Shown: piece after piece, positions 1 to 9,421 of the stretch
Layout of the letters: the number at the start of each line of letters is the position of its first letter
Position numbering within the stretch: position 1 is the first letter of the stretch
From: a virus
Taxonomy: Duplodnaviria; Caudoviricetes
Reading direction: 5' to 3' (one strand)
Length of the DNA: 64,000 nt
IMG/VR virus record: IMGVR_UViG_2974666105_000001
Location: 15,100 to 79,099 of that record
The notes under the pieces: generated by a model
Database searches by the model: none
What the model was told of the DNA's origin: nothing
The model's input: the letters and a program-made list of their open reading frames with translations, nothing else
Position numbers and translations under genes: made by a program

Positions 1-143
1 TAATTACCATATTTTGCAGGGATGTCAGTTGCAAGTTCTGACATTGTTGGTGCGATTGGTGGGAGCACCATTCCCATAATGACGTGTAAGTCTGTACGAC
101 TATTAAGGCCGCCTAAACTAAATTCATCTTCTTTTAATGCCAA
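1..143 (-). CDS. Distal tail (Dit) protein, N-terminal fragment (runs off window edge)
   Basis: GGAGG RBS then TTG at 143; reads MALKEDEFSLGGLNSRTDLHVIMGMVLPPIAPT...DIPAKYG; lies directly downstream of the tape measure gene. Confidence 0.75.
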   Translation of the reverse strand, partial: MALKEDEFSLGGLNSRTDLHVIMGMVLPPIAPTMSELATDIPAKYGN

Positions 144-201
144 CGGTTATTCCTCCCACTCTTATTCTATGTACATGGGGGAAATATCCCCCATAAAATG
201 G

Positions 202-3200
202 TTAATTTATCAGATGATTATAAACATCTTTTGGTTTCTGTTGTCGTTTAACCGAGTCGTAAATACTTTGATCAGTAATGACAGCAAGATTTGGAGTGTT
301 AGCTGATCCTAATAAAGCTTGCAATAGCGCGTTCGTCTGTTGCTGTAATGTTACCAGTTGAGAGAGCGTACTATTATCAATATTATTAGAGTTATTAGAC
401 GAGTTTGCGATGCTACCACTTTCAAGATAGTTAATTGATTGCTTCAACTGTCTGATAGCAGCATCCTTATCGGTTAAAGAAACGACCATTTCTGGCTTGT
501 TCTTTTCAGCGATGTTAATCGTCTGAGCTTTGTCAATTAATCCACCATGTTCCATACCCTTGATGTAACGATAGGCTGCGGATGCGTTAGCCAACCGTGT
601 ACCACCAGTCGAATCCATGGCGCCACCAGATTCCCATGTTGCAAAGAACTTTTGTGCGGCGGCAGTAGGACTTGTCATACGTAATACGGCCTTCAACATT
701 CCGTTTGCGCCAGGTTCATTTAAGGCGTAGCCAATTTGACCGGCAGCAGAGTTCCATGCGTAACCGTGTCTTCTTAGCCAACTTCTTAAACCAGTTTCAC
801 GAGTAAACGTCCATTGGCCTAACCCAGTACCGTGGTCACTACTATTGACAGCAGATGGATTTAAGTTAGATTCTTGAATCCAGTTACCCAAAATACCAGC
901 AATACCACCATTTTGAGATGCTGGATAACCTTGTTTAAACGCCTTTGCTAAGGCACGAGCACGAGAAGCGACGCTACCTGATAACTTGACGTTACCAACG
1001 AGCTGTTCGTCTTGTCCGGCCTTTAACATCTTCTTAAACCAACTAGTCAATGTGTGTACCACAATGTCGCCGGTCATTCCAATGGCCTTACCAGCTAAAC
1101 CGCCACCCTTTGCAAGAGCGTTTAGCGGTGAAGCAATCATAGCAGAAAGATATTTTCCAGGCGACTTAATCATCTTACCAAGGTTATCAATCAGCTTAGA
1201 TGCTTTGGTCTCAACTCCAGAGAACCAATTACCGACACCGTGCACAGCACCGCCAATAGCACTGCCGATACCATCTAACCAGCCAGTGGCACCAGCGAAA
1301 GCTGGAATGCCTTGTCCGCGTTCTAGGTATGGTTGTACCATTCTAGCATCTTCGCCCTTAGCAATTTCAGTGCCCTTTGGAAGATTTACAATGATATTTC
1401 GCTTATTAGGAAACATTCCCATGCGTCCATCTGGTAGTTTGTAGGCTTCGCGCCAATATTTAGACTTAGCATCGTTTACCAGCGCTGGACCACCAGCAGT
1501 ACCCTTTGCATAAGTGCTTATTTTAGATGAACTGTAACTTGCTTTTCCAAGTCTAAAACTCTTGCCAACACCGATTTTCTTTTCAACGCCGTTGATGGCG
1601 TCTGCAACAGCATTCCAACCATTAACAACAGGATGAATAAGTCCGTTGTTAACAATACCAGCCATTGAGTTCCAGATACCATGCCATGCACCTCTCAGAG
1701 CACTAGCGATTCGTCCCGGCAACTTCTTAAAGAAACTGGACATGTTATTCCCAAAAGTTTTAATTTTTTTCCATATTTTACCAACCCATCCGCCAATGGT
1801 GCTAGAGACAGATTTCCATAACTTAGCCACAGGAGACAATATCTTTCGGAACCATTTCACAACGCTGTTGTAGATGTTATGGACCCATTTTCCGATAGTA
1901 CCTGATATTGACTTCCACCATCGTGAGGCTGTCTTTGAAACAGACTGCCAAGCTTTGGCTACTGGACTTAATATTTTTTTAACCCACTTAGTAACACCTT
2001 TCCAAATATTGTGAGCCCATTTTCCGACCGTACCAGAAATAGATTTCCACCATTTTGATGCTGTCTTAGAGATTGAATGCCATGCTTTAGCTAACGGAGA
2101 TAGGAGCTTACCAATCCACCTAGTAGCGGTGTGATAAATGTTCTTAACAAACTTTGTAACAATCTTTAGCGCACCATTCCATCCTTTGGAGATGCCCTTA
2201 CCAATTTTGCCCATTGTTTTTTGGATTGGCCTGACCATCTTATCAATAGTCTTACGAACATCACTAGCCCAGCGTTTAATTTTCTTTCCAACATCAGTAA
2301 AGAATTTACCCATGTTTCTGACAGCCTTGCCAATTCCTTTGAATAACTTAGCTAGACCAATTGCGGCTAATTTACCAGCAATTGCTCCTAAGGCGGCGAT
2401 GAACTTACCAATGCCCTTAACCACACCAGCAATATCCTTGCCAATCGTTACAATTGATTTACCAACAGGACTTGTCTTAAACCATTTGCCGATTTTTTGA
2501 AATGGCTTCTGAATTGCTTTAACGGCCGGAGCAAAAAATCTTCCGATTCCCTTGACCCATTTCCAAATGGTTTTTTCAATACCAGATAACATTTTTCCAA
2601 CTGACTTTCCGATACCTGTTTTACCAAGACCAGAAAACATTTTTCCAAACGATGAACTAATTGATTTACCAAGACTACTCAAACTAGGCATTTTAATACC
2701 TTTGAATAATCCGCTAAACCACTTACCGATTCCACTAATTTTAGGAAACTTAAAGTTTTTGAACATCTTTCCAATATTAGGAAGTTTAAACCCTTTAAAC
2801 ATCTTACCAAAATTGATGTGTGGCATTTTTAGTTTGCCAATCCACTTACCAATACCACCAAACCAATTACCGATTGATTTTTTAATGGTTGACATCTTAG
2901 GCATTTTGAAGTTCTTCATGGACTTCTGGATCTTCTTACCTAATTTGCCACCCCAGTCTTGACCTTTTGATCCACCTAGCCAAGATCCTGCAAGTGATCC
3001 ACCCATAGATCCTAGCTTGGCTCCAACAACAGTCCCTGCGGGTCCAAATAGTGTACCAATAGCACCACCGGCAACGCCACCAATACCTCCGCCGATAGCA
3101 CCACCAGCAAGTGTTCCACCTAATTGTCCGGCTGTTTTACCAACCTTTGAACCAGCATTTTTCTTGTTGATTCCAATAAGGTTCATGGCAGCAAGCCCAG

Positions 3201-5862
3201 TTTGTAACCATGGGACACGTTTTAGTAAACCGCCACCGACTCTAGCAACTTTTCCAATTTTAGAACCAGTAGTACCAATTCTACCAACGCGACTGCTAAT
3301 TCTCTCAGCATCTTCTGTTGTAACCCCGCCTTTCGCCATTCGGCGTAATACTGAACCTTTCGATCCAGCCTTTTTAGCGGCTCGATACTCAGAGCGAGTT
3401 GTCGTAATTTCTTCTTTGGCGGCCTTTCCAGCCTTTCCAGCCTTACCGCCAGCTCCACCACCGATTCCCCCAGCAACCTCAGATGCTTCTGCTCCAGCAG
3501 CTTCACCGGCAGATGCCCATGCGTCTGCAAGAAGCTTAACGGCTGCTGTTTGTTCGTCGATCTTAGCCACAGCAATCTTACTTGCACTCGACGTATCAAT
3601 TTTATTCGTACTGAATAATTTAGATACGACTGATGCAATTGTACCAGAGTTGCGAATAAAGGCTGCAACAGCACCAGAAACCAATCCAATTGCTGGCACA
3701 AGTAGTGCAACAGAAGCAATGGCCTTTTTAGCGCTTGGATTAAGCTTATCAAACTTATCCATGATGATCGTTAGCGCCTTAGCACCTTTAGTGATATATG
3801 GTAAAATTACTTTACCAAACTCAATCTCTAATGCTTGCAAAGTCGTCTGGAAAATCTTAAGCTGGTTCTGAGACGTCTTTAAGTTCTTTTGAGCCAAGTT
3901 GCCAATATAGTCATTCTTAGCTGATCTCTCAACTTGACCATTTAATTTATCCAATGCTTTATAATTGTCTGTTAAGATACCACCGGCCTGTTGCCCAGTA
4001 GTACCAAAAATAGCATGAAAAACATCAGTACGATCATGTCCAGAAAGATTCTTCATGTGACTGTTTAAAATGCCAAAAATAGCGGACATTGACTTCATTT
4101 TTCCATTTTTATCAGTAAAACTTTTTGTGTTAAGCCCTAAACTCTTTAAGGCGGCTGCTCCGTTTTTAGATGGAGATACTAACGAGTTAATTGTTTTTCT
4201 TAGCCCAGTACCAGCTTTGTCAGATTCAAGACCGTTGTTCGATAAAATACCCATAGCACTAGCTGTTTCAGATATACTAAATCCAGCTTGATGAGCCGTG
4301 TTACCAACATATTCCATACCTTTTCCTAGGCTTTGGAAGTCAGTAGCAGTCATATCAGCGGCATAAGCCATTTCGTTAACAACCGTTGAGGTATTTTTTG
4401 CCATTTGAGCTGTTGACTTAGCTCTTAAACCAAATGACTCCAGTGTCTGTGTTGAAACAGCGGTAACATCATTGAAATCATCACCAGAAGCAATCGCACC
4501 TTTAACAAGAGTTTTCATAGCCCCAATCGCTTGGCTAGAACTATAACCACGCTTGATTAAATCTTGATACCCATCAGCAACTTGTTTTTGTGTCAACCCG
4601 TATTGCTTAGAGTATGACTTTGTATTCTTTTCCATTAGCGCCATGTTGGCGTTAATTTCTTTAGTCCCCTCAGTGTTTGAGCTGACGATTAAGTTTTTGG
4701 TTTTATTAAAAGATGTTTGTAATTCAACAGCAAGCGATGTACCATGCTTAGCGACTGCTGCCATACCCATTGTTGCATATCCTGCTCCGCGAGAAACTGA
4801 TCCCAAAGCAGTAGCAACACCAGAATACTTTTTCTGCATTCCACCAATCTTATCACTAAACGAGTTAATAGTATTGCCAGATAACCCTACGTGCTTGTTG
4901 AGTGACTTGATCTTGGCGTCAGTTTCACCGATTTTAGCACCAAGTTCGTTTACTTTCTTAGCCTGTGCTGAGTAAGCAGCAGAAGTTTCACCAGAACGAG
5001 ATTTTACCAATGACAATTCTGACATTTCTGTCTTGTATTGATTTAATAAACCCTTTTTAGATCCAACTAAAGACCTTAATTCTACCGACATTGCGGTATA
5101 ATTCTTGCCTTCTGACCTTAAACGGTTAGCTAATGATTCTGATATTTCACTGGTTGATTTTGAATACTGTTGCATTTGATGCAAACCAGTAGCATATTTT
5201 CTCTGAGCTTCTTGGGCCTTTAAATAAGACTCTCTGGCTTTTGAGACAATTGCTGATTGCTTGTTAATATCAACGCCGGAAGCACTAGAGCTTGATTTTA
5301 ATAGCTTGTAAGCTTTTTCTTCACGACCAAGTTCGTCTTTTAGATTACGAGTCTTGGCGGCGAGCAGCTCCTTGTGTTTGGCGTTGGCGTCAGTCTCTTT
5401 ACCCTCAGCAATAAGTGCTTTTTCACTAGCTTCTAATGAGTTAGTGTATGCTTGGTGAGATTTCTTAGCACGGTCAATCCCAGTTGAATATCTAATTTCG
5501 GCAGATCTAGCAGAATCTAGCTCACTTTTGCGACGGTTTAAAGCCGCATTACTCTTAGTGAGTTCGTTAGTCCAACGCATAACTGCCAACTTTTCTTTGT
5601 CGGTTGTTGCATTGGCATTCTTCAAAGCATCTGCTAATCTCTTGTTATAATCAGTTTGTAACTCAATTTCTTTGTTCAGTCCAGTGATTTTGGCGTCCAG
5701 TGCAGCAGCACTATCGCCGGCAGCTTGCATCGCTGAGGAGCTTGAACGCCATTCTTGGCCTGTGGAGCGAATGGCCCCTTTTAATGTACGCAAACTCGAT
5801 TGAGCCTTTGTATCATTGATATTAACGTTATATGTTAAACTACCATAGGCGGCTTGCTTCAT
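202..5862 (-). CDS. Tape measure protein with C-terminal lysozyme-like domain
   Basis: 1886 aa; Ala/Gly/Lys-rich helical sequence, TP901-type core (TDFQSLGKGMEYVG), Trp-periodic repeats, C-terminal GILGNWIQESNLNP...GLGQWT motif; canonical position. Confidence 0.95.
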   Translation of the reverse strand: MKQAAYGSLTYNVNINDTKAQSSLRTLKGAIRSTGQEWRSSSSAMQAAGDSAAALDAKITGLNKEIELQTDYNKRLADALKNANATTDKEKLAVMRWTNELTKSNAALNRRKSELDSARSAEIRYSTGIDRAKKSHQAYTNSLEASEKALIAEGKETDANAKHKELLAAKTRNLKDELGREEKAYKLLKSSSSASGVDINKQSAIVSKARESYLKAQEAQRKYATGLHQMQQYSKSTSEISESLANRLRSEGKNYTAMSVELRSLVGSKKGLLNQYKTEMSELSLVKSRSGETSAAYSAQAKKVNELGAKIGETDAKIKSLNKHVGLSGNTINSFSDKIGGMQKKYSGVATALGSVSRGAGYATMGMAAVAKHGTSLAVELQTSFNKTKNLIVSSNTEGTKEINANMALMEKNTKSYSKQYGLTQKQVADGYQDLIKRGYSSSQAIGAMKTLVKGAIASGDDFNDVTAVSTQTLESFGLRAKSTAQMAKNTSTVVNEMAYAADMTATDFQSLGKGMEYVGNTAHQAGFSISETASAMGILSNNGLESDKAGTGLRKTINSLVSPSKNGAAALKSLGLNTKSFTDKNGKMKSMSAIFGILNSHMKNLSGHDRTDVFHAIFGTTGQQAGGILTDNYKALDKLNGQVERSAKNDYIGNLAQKNLKTSQNQLKIFQTTLQALEIEFGKVILPYITKGAKALTIIMDKFDKLNPSAKKAIASVALLVPAIGLVSGAVAAFIRNSGTIASVVSKLFSTNKIDTSSASKIAVAKIDEQTAAVKLLADAWASAGEAAGAEASEVAGGIGGGAGGKAGKAGKAAKEEITTTRSEYRAAKKAGSKGSVLRRMAKGGVTTEDAERISSRVGRIGTTGSKIGKVARVGGGLLKRVPWLQTGLAAMNLIGINKKNAGSKVGKTAGQLGGTLAGGAIGGGIGGVAGGAIGTLFGPAGTVVGAKLGSMGGSLAGSWLGGSKGQDWGGKLGKKIQKSMKNFKMPKMSTIKKSIGNWFGGIGKWIGKLKMPHINFGKMFKGFKLPNIGKMFKNFKFPKISGIGKWFSGLFKGIKMPSLSSLGKSISSSFGKMFSGLGKTGIGKSVGKMLSGIEKTIWKWVKGIGRFFAPAVKAIQKPFQKIGKWFKTSPVGKSIVTIGKDIAGVVKGIGKFIAALGAIAGKLAAIGLAKLFKGIGKAVRNMGKFFTDVGKKIKRWASDVRKTIDKMVRPIQKTMGKIGKGISKGWNGALKIVTKFVKNIYHTATRWIGKLLSPLAKAWHSISKTASKWWKSISGTVGKWAHNIWKGVTKWVKKILSPVAKAWQSVSKTASRWWKSISGTIGKWVHNIYNSVVKWFRKILSPVAKLWKSVSSTIGGWVGKIWKKIKTFGNNMSSFFKKLPGRIASALRGAWHGIWNSMAGIVNNGLIHPVVNGWNAVADAINGVEKKIGVGKSFRLGKASYSSSKISTYAKGTAGGPALVNDAKSKYWREAYKLPDGRMGMFPNKRNIIVNLPKGTEIAKGEDARMVQPYLERGQGIPAFAGATGWLDGIGSAIGGAVHGVGNWFSGVETKASKLIDNLGKMIKSPGKYLSAMIASPLNALAKGGGLAGKAIGMTGDIVVHTLTSWFKKMLKAGQDEQLVGNVKLSGSVASRARALAKAFKQGYPASQNGGIAGILGNWIQESNLNPSAVNSSDHGTGLGQWTFTRETGLRSWLRRHGYAWNSAAGQIGYALNEPGANGMLKAVLRMTSPTAAAQKFFATWESGGAMDSTGGTRLANASAAYRYIKGMEHGGLIDKAQTINIAEKNKPEMVVSLTDKDAAIRQLKQSINYLESGSIANSSNNSNNIDNSTLSQLVTLQQQTNALLQALLGSANTPNLAVITDQSIYDSVKRQQKPKDVYNHLIN

Positions 5863-5934
5863 TTAATAAATCCTCCTCACATACGAAAACAAGCCCACCA
5901 AAGTAGACTTGACAAATAAACTAATCAAACGTTT

Positions 5935-6170
5935 CTAATGATCACGACTATCAAGCTCAGCTTTATGGTCTTCCATCCAATAACCCAAAGGCTCGATGGT
6001 GTCATCATCATCACCACTAACTTGACTACCATCTTCTTCAACTGTTAAAGTCTCGATAAGATCAAAATAGTTAGTTTCTTCTAGGTTATTAAAAGTATCA
6101 TTATGTTGCTGGATAAGATCTCTTTCGAGACGATTGATGTTATCTAGCGTCTCCTGAAACGTCTGCGGTG
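5935..6170 (-). CDS. Tail assembly chaperone T segment (frameshift extension of the upstream chaperone)
   Basis: No own RBS/start; overlaps the 3' end of the chaperone in the +1 frame; sits between chaperone and TMP. Confidence 0.75.
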
Positions 6171-6529
6171 TCGCTGGGCGTATCAGAATCGTCTTCACCA
6201 TCCTCATCATCAATGTGCATGATCTTTTGAATGATTTGTCCAAATAATTCATCAGTTTCGTCTGGTTCAATGTCTTCCAGCTTATCTGCTTGTGGTTCTG
6301 TTAGCTTTAAAATATCAGCAATAAATTCGATTGTTGCATCGGTTGCTTCTAACTTTCCACTTAGAAATGCGTCATAAGCTTCTTCATTAGACATGTTCTC
6401 AGCATCAATCTTACTTAATTTTTCAAGCTTGATTTGAACCTTTAACGTTTTCTTCAAGTTTTTATTTGTTTCGTTAACTTCGATAGGCTTTTTAATTCCT
6501 AATACCTTAGCATCAATTTTGACAGTCAT
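6140..6529 (-). CDS. Tail assembly chaperone (G)
   Basis: GAGGAG RBS before ATG 6529; between major tail and TMP; acidic C-terminus. Confidence 0.8.
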   Translation of the reverse strand: MTVKIDAKVLGIKKPIEVNETNKNLKKTLKVQIKLEKLSKIDAENMSNEEAYDAFLSGKLEATDATIEFIADILKLTEPQADKLEDIEPDETDELFGQIIQKIMHIDDEDGEDDSDTPSDTADVSGDAR

Positions 6530-6638
6530 ATAAATCTCCTCGTCTTTCATATTAAATTATGTATACCACCAAAAAGGTGGTAGTTGCTATTCAGCAACGA
6601 TGGTTGCGCCATCATAACTTGGAGTTATCGACACCACT

Positions 6639-7250
6639 TTAGGCGCCGGCGTCACTGGGGGTGTACCCTGGGAAGATAAACTTCATCCAATCATCAAGCT
6701 TAAATTCAGTGTTAGCTTCGTCACCCTTAGCATATGCAACCTTATCGGAAGAACGGTTAACGGCCGTAAATGTTAACGAATCAGCAGCCAACTGTTCCGT
6801 GTCGGTATTAGTTTGCATGTTATGTTCTTCAAGACCAAAGGTCCCTTTAACTAACGCCAAGTGAAGAATGTTGTTTAGACGCCCGTGGGTAACAAATTCA
6901 AGTGCTGAATATGGCGCCCTAGTGTCAGAAGTAACGACTGAGAAACCTTTAGAATTATCAACACCAGTAATAGCGTCGATGACATCTTCTGGAATGTCGT
7001 TTGCTCCAACGGTCGCGGTGATTGAACCAGTACCCTTGCCAGATGTTTCAACCACCATATCAGACCCATAAATCTTAGTCATAGTTGGTGCTAAACCTGT
7101 GATGTTACCGACCGTCATACCTTGCGCAGTTGATGCGTTTAGGTTGAAGACGCCGGTAGTACCAATAGCCTTATTCGTTAAATCAATTTTTTCGGTATCT
7201 TGTGTAAAAATAGCGACTTTGGCACTATCAATACCTTTGGTTTTTGCCAT
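6639..7250 (-). CDS. Major tail (tube) protein
   Basis: 203 aa; position; sequence typical of Firmicute siphovirus tube proteins. Confidence 0.85.
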   Translation of the reverse strand: MAKTKGIDSAKVAIFTQDTEKIDLTNKAIGTTGVFNLNASTAQGMTVGNITGLAPTMTKIYGSDMVVETSGKGTGSITATVGANDIPEDVIDAITGVDNSKGFSVVTSDTRAPYSALEFVTHGRLNNILHLALVKGTFGLEEHNMQTNTDTEQLAADSLTFTAVNRSSDKVAYAKGDEANTEFKLDDWMKFIFPGYTPSDAGA

Positions 7251-7267
7251 TAGTAATTACCTCTTTC

Positions 7268-7645
7268 TTAATAAATTGTCTTTTTGAAATGGTAAGTGCT
7301 ATATAATTGAGACGTGCTAGGGTCTCTATCAATACCGCCACCAATTGTTTGAAACCAACCATTCTTTCTTAACAAGTTCCTGATCGGTCTTTCGTATAAC
7401 GCTGTTAAATCTCCATCCGCTTTAACTGGATAAAAGAATTGAACTTGAACTGTCCCGTCATCAGAAATAATATCGTCGCTTCCAAAACCACTAGGAATAC
7501 GAGCAATGTCGTTTACTAAAATGACAATTTTATTCAGCTTTTGTGACTGAATGCTGTGTGGCAGTCCATATGAGAATACATACTTTGGATCAATTCCGTC
7601 AACTCCAGAGTTGCGGATGATCTCTTTTACATCATTTGAAATCAT
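7268..7645 (-). CDS. Tail terminator / tail completion protein
   Basis: 125 aa; VQVQFFY and STYHF motifs; immediately upstream of the major tail gene. Confidence 0.7.
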   Translation of the reverse strand: MISNDVKEIIRNSGVDGIDPKYVFSYGLPHSIQSQKLNKIVILVNDIARIPSGFGSDDIISDDGTVQVQFFYPVKADGDLTALYERPIRNLLRKNGWFQTIGGGIDRDPSTSQLYSTYHFKKTIY

Positions 7646-8100
7646 TATAGCAACCCCTTTGCATTAAGAATCGCTTTAGCAGTTTGTGTCTGAGCAGTAA
7701 AGATTTGATCATATGGCATCGTCTTTGTTGCATTCTCAAACCAAAACTGTGCTGGTTGCCTATACGTTCCCCAGTCAGTCCAGACCGCGATTGGGTAAGC
7801 TTTTCTTTCAAATCCAACCTCTGTTGCACCGTCGATGAACTGATTAGGCTTATGAGTAATATGATCACGCAAGTGCCCAATTGATTCTCCATATAATTGT
7901 TTATCTTTGGCATCTTCAAATTCATCATATGGTGTGTTATCATAGAGATGTTTCTCAATGATGGGCACGGCGGATTCAACGATTGCGGAGCGCTCTTTTC
8001 TTGAAAGTTTGAAATTATCAAGCTTTTTCAATAACTCGTCTTCACCAGTAACCTCAATTGATCCGAGACCATTAGTTACCAACGTTTTATTAACTGCCAA
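7645..8100 (-). CDS. HK97 gp10-like neck protein
   Basis: Probable TTG start at 8100; WTDWGT..QPAQFWFE motif; synteny. Confidence 0.7.
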   Translation of the reverse strand: MAVNKTLVTNGLGSIEVTGEDELLKKLDNFKLSRKERSAIVESAVPIIEKHLYDNTPYDEFEDAKDKQLYGESIGHLRDHITHKPNQFIDGATEVGFERKAYPIAVWTDWGTYRQPAQFWFENATKTMPYDQIFTAQTQTAKAILNAKGLL

Positions 8101-8512
8101 CGTCATCATCTCCATATCCGCCAGTGGATGCTTGATTGCCACCGTTCTTAACAACTGATTTCAATGACAATAAATCATAAGTGACGATAGCGGTAGTATC
8201 GGGAACTTTGTAGGTGATAATATAAAACTTGCCTCGATACTTAGCCCGATAACTATCATAGTCAAAATTAGGACGGTGTTTAACGGCAATGACCATCGTG
8301 TCTTCCATATCCATACCGTTAACACCAACAATGTTTCTGTCTGATACTCGATACGGAGCGCAATGGAATGTGTATTTAATTTTAAAGTTGCTATCATCTA
8401 ATGTGTCGGCACCATTATCAATAATGTTACCGTTGGACAGCTCTGTGTATTCATCTGCTACTCCTAGATAAACCTTTTCTTTGTATCGCCACAGGTCAAC
8501 TTTATTAGCCAT
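8090..8512 (-). CDS. Head-tail adaptor / head closure protein
   Basis: 140 aa; synteny; Y.A.Y.GK.Y.I motif. Confidence 0.65.
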   Translation of the reverse strand: MANKVDLWRYKEKVYLGVADEYTELSNGNIIDNGADTLDDSNFKIKYTFHCAPYRVSDRNIVGVNGMDMEDTMVIAVKHRPNFDYDSYRAKYRGKFYIITYKVPDTTAIVTYDLLSLKSVVKNGGNQASTGGYGDDDVGS

Positions 8513-8524
8513 TTATGCACCTTC

Positions 8525-8818
8525 TTAAATTGAGAAATTGCGTCCATAGTTGATAACCGTGTCAAGCGACGCAACATTTTGAGTCCCACTTGTAACAGGA
8601 GATCCATCTCTACGTAAGTATGATGCAGTTGCGACCTCTAAAACGGCTGTGTCAATCATGCTTTGATAGTCTTCTTGTCTCTTGTTAAGAAACTGGTTGT
8701 CTTTTCCTTGAACATATAAATCAACATAGTTCTTAGCGTTATCTAAATAAATCTTAACGTCTTCATCGTCATCTGCATTAATGTGATTTTTAAAATCATC
8801 GAGAGAAACTGACATCAT
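8525..8818 (-). CDS. Head-tail connector (gp6/gp15-like)
   Basis: SLDDFKNHINADDDED..YLDNAKNYV; AVLEVAT..Y..R pattern. Confidence 0.8.
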   Translation of the reverse strand: MMSVSLDDFKNHINADDDEDVKIYLDNAKNYVDLYVQGKDNQFLNKRQEDYQSMIDTAVLEVATASYLRRDGSPVTSGTQNVASLDTVINYGRNFSI

Positions 8819-8852
8819 TGCACCTCCTATGTACCCGTTAAGGGTTTACCCC

Positions 8853-9296
8853 TTAAGCGGTTGGCGTTGCTTTAACTGCTTCCGACTTAGCTGATTCCCC
8901 AGCGCCGTTCTTAACCGTTGCCTGGACAGTATATTCAGTACCAGCAGTCAGTCCAGTAATTGACCCAGTTAATGAAGTCTTTAAATCTACCGTTCCATTA
9001 TTGGTGCCGTCAGTCCAATAAACAACTCGGTCGGTGATTGCACTGCCTGTATTTTCACCATCAACTAAAGTAACATCAATTTTGCCAGAACCAGCGGTGA
9101 GCGTTGCGGTTGGTGCTGATGGTACTTTATCTAAAGTTGTAAAATCTGAAATTGTTGTCTTCTCAGATGCACCGGCATATGCAATTTGATATCCAGAAAC
9201 CTTTGTGTTCGGCTTTAACCCAGTAATTGTAACTGGAGATGGCTGATTGTCAATTTTCTTTGCGCCAGCATTATCGTAAACATCAAAATTTGCCAA
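8853..9296 (-). CDS. Fibronectin type III / Ig-like virion accessory (decoration) protein
   Basis: Two FN3-like segments (TITGLKPNTKVSGY; ITGLTAGTEYTVQATVKNGAGES); AGGAGG 8 nt before TTG 9296. Confidence 0.75.
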   Translation of the reverse strand: MANFDVYDNAGAKKIDNQPSPVTITGLKPNTKVSGYQIAYAGASEKTTISDFTTLDKVPSAPTATLTAGSGKIDVTLVDGENTGSAITDRVVYWTDGTNNGTVDLKTSLTGSITGLTAGTEYTVQATVKNGAGESAKSEAVKATPTA

Positions 9297-9421
9297 AAAC
9301 ATAACCTCCTATCGTGAAACCATATGTATGCCCCCACAATGGGGGTAATCGGATTTACTACTTGGCAACAACCGTTGCACCATCGGCGGTCGGTGTTACA
9401 CTAGTCACCGTCGGTGCCGGA

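Noticed and set aside
1780-2140. Trp-periodic ~33-aa repeats in the tape measure protein
   Set aside because: Ordinary feature of tape measure proteins
986-4975. Long plus-strand ORFs antisense to the tape measure gene (and similar shadow ORFs across the structural and replication genes)
   Set aside because: No RBS, no recognisable motifs; expected by-product of codon bias on the opposite strand
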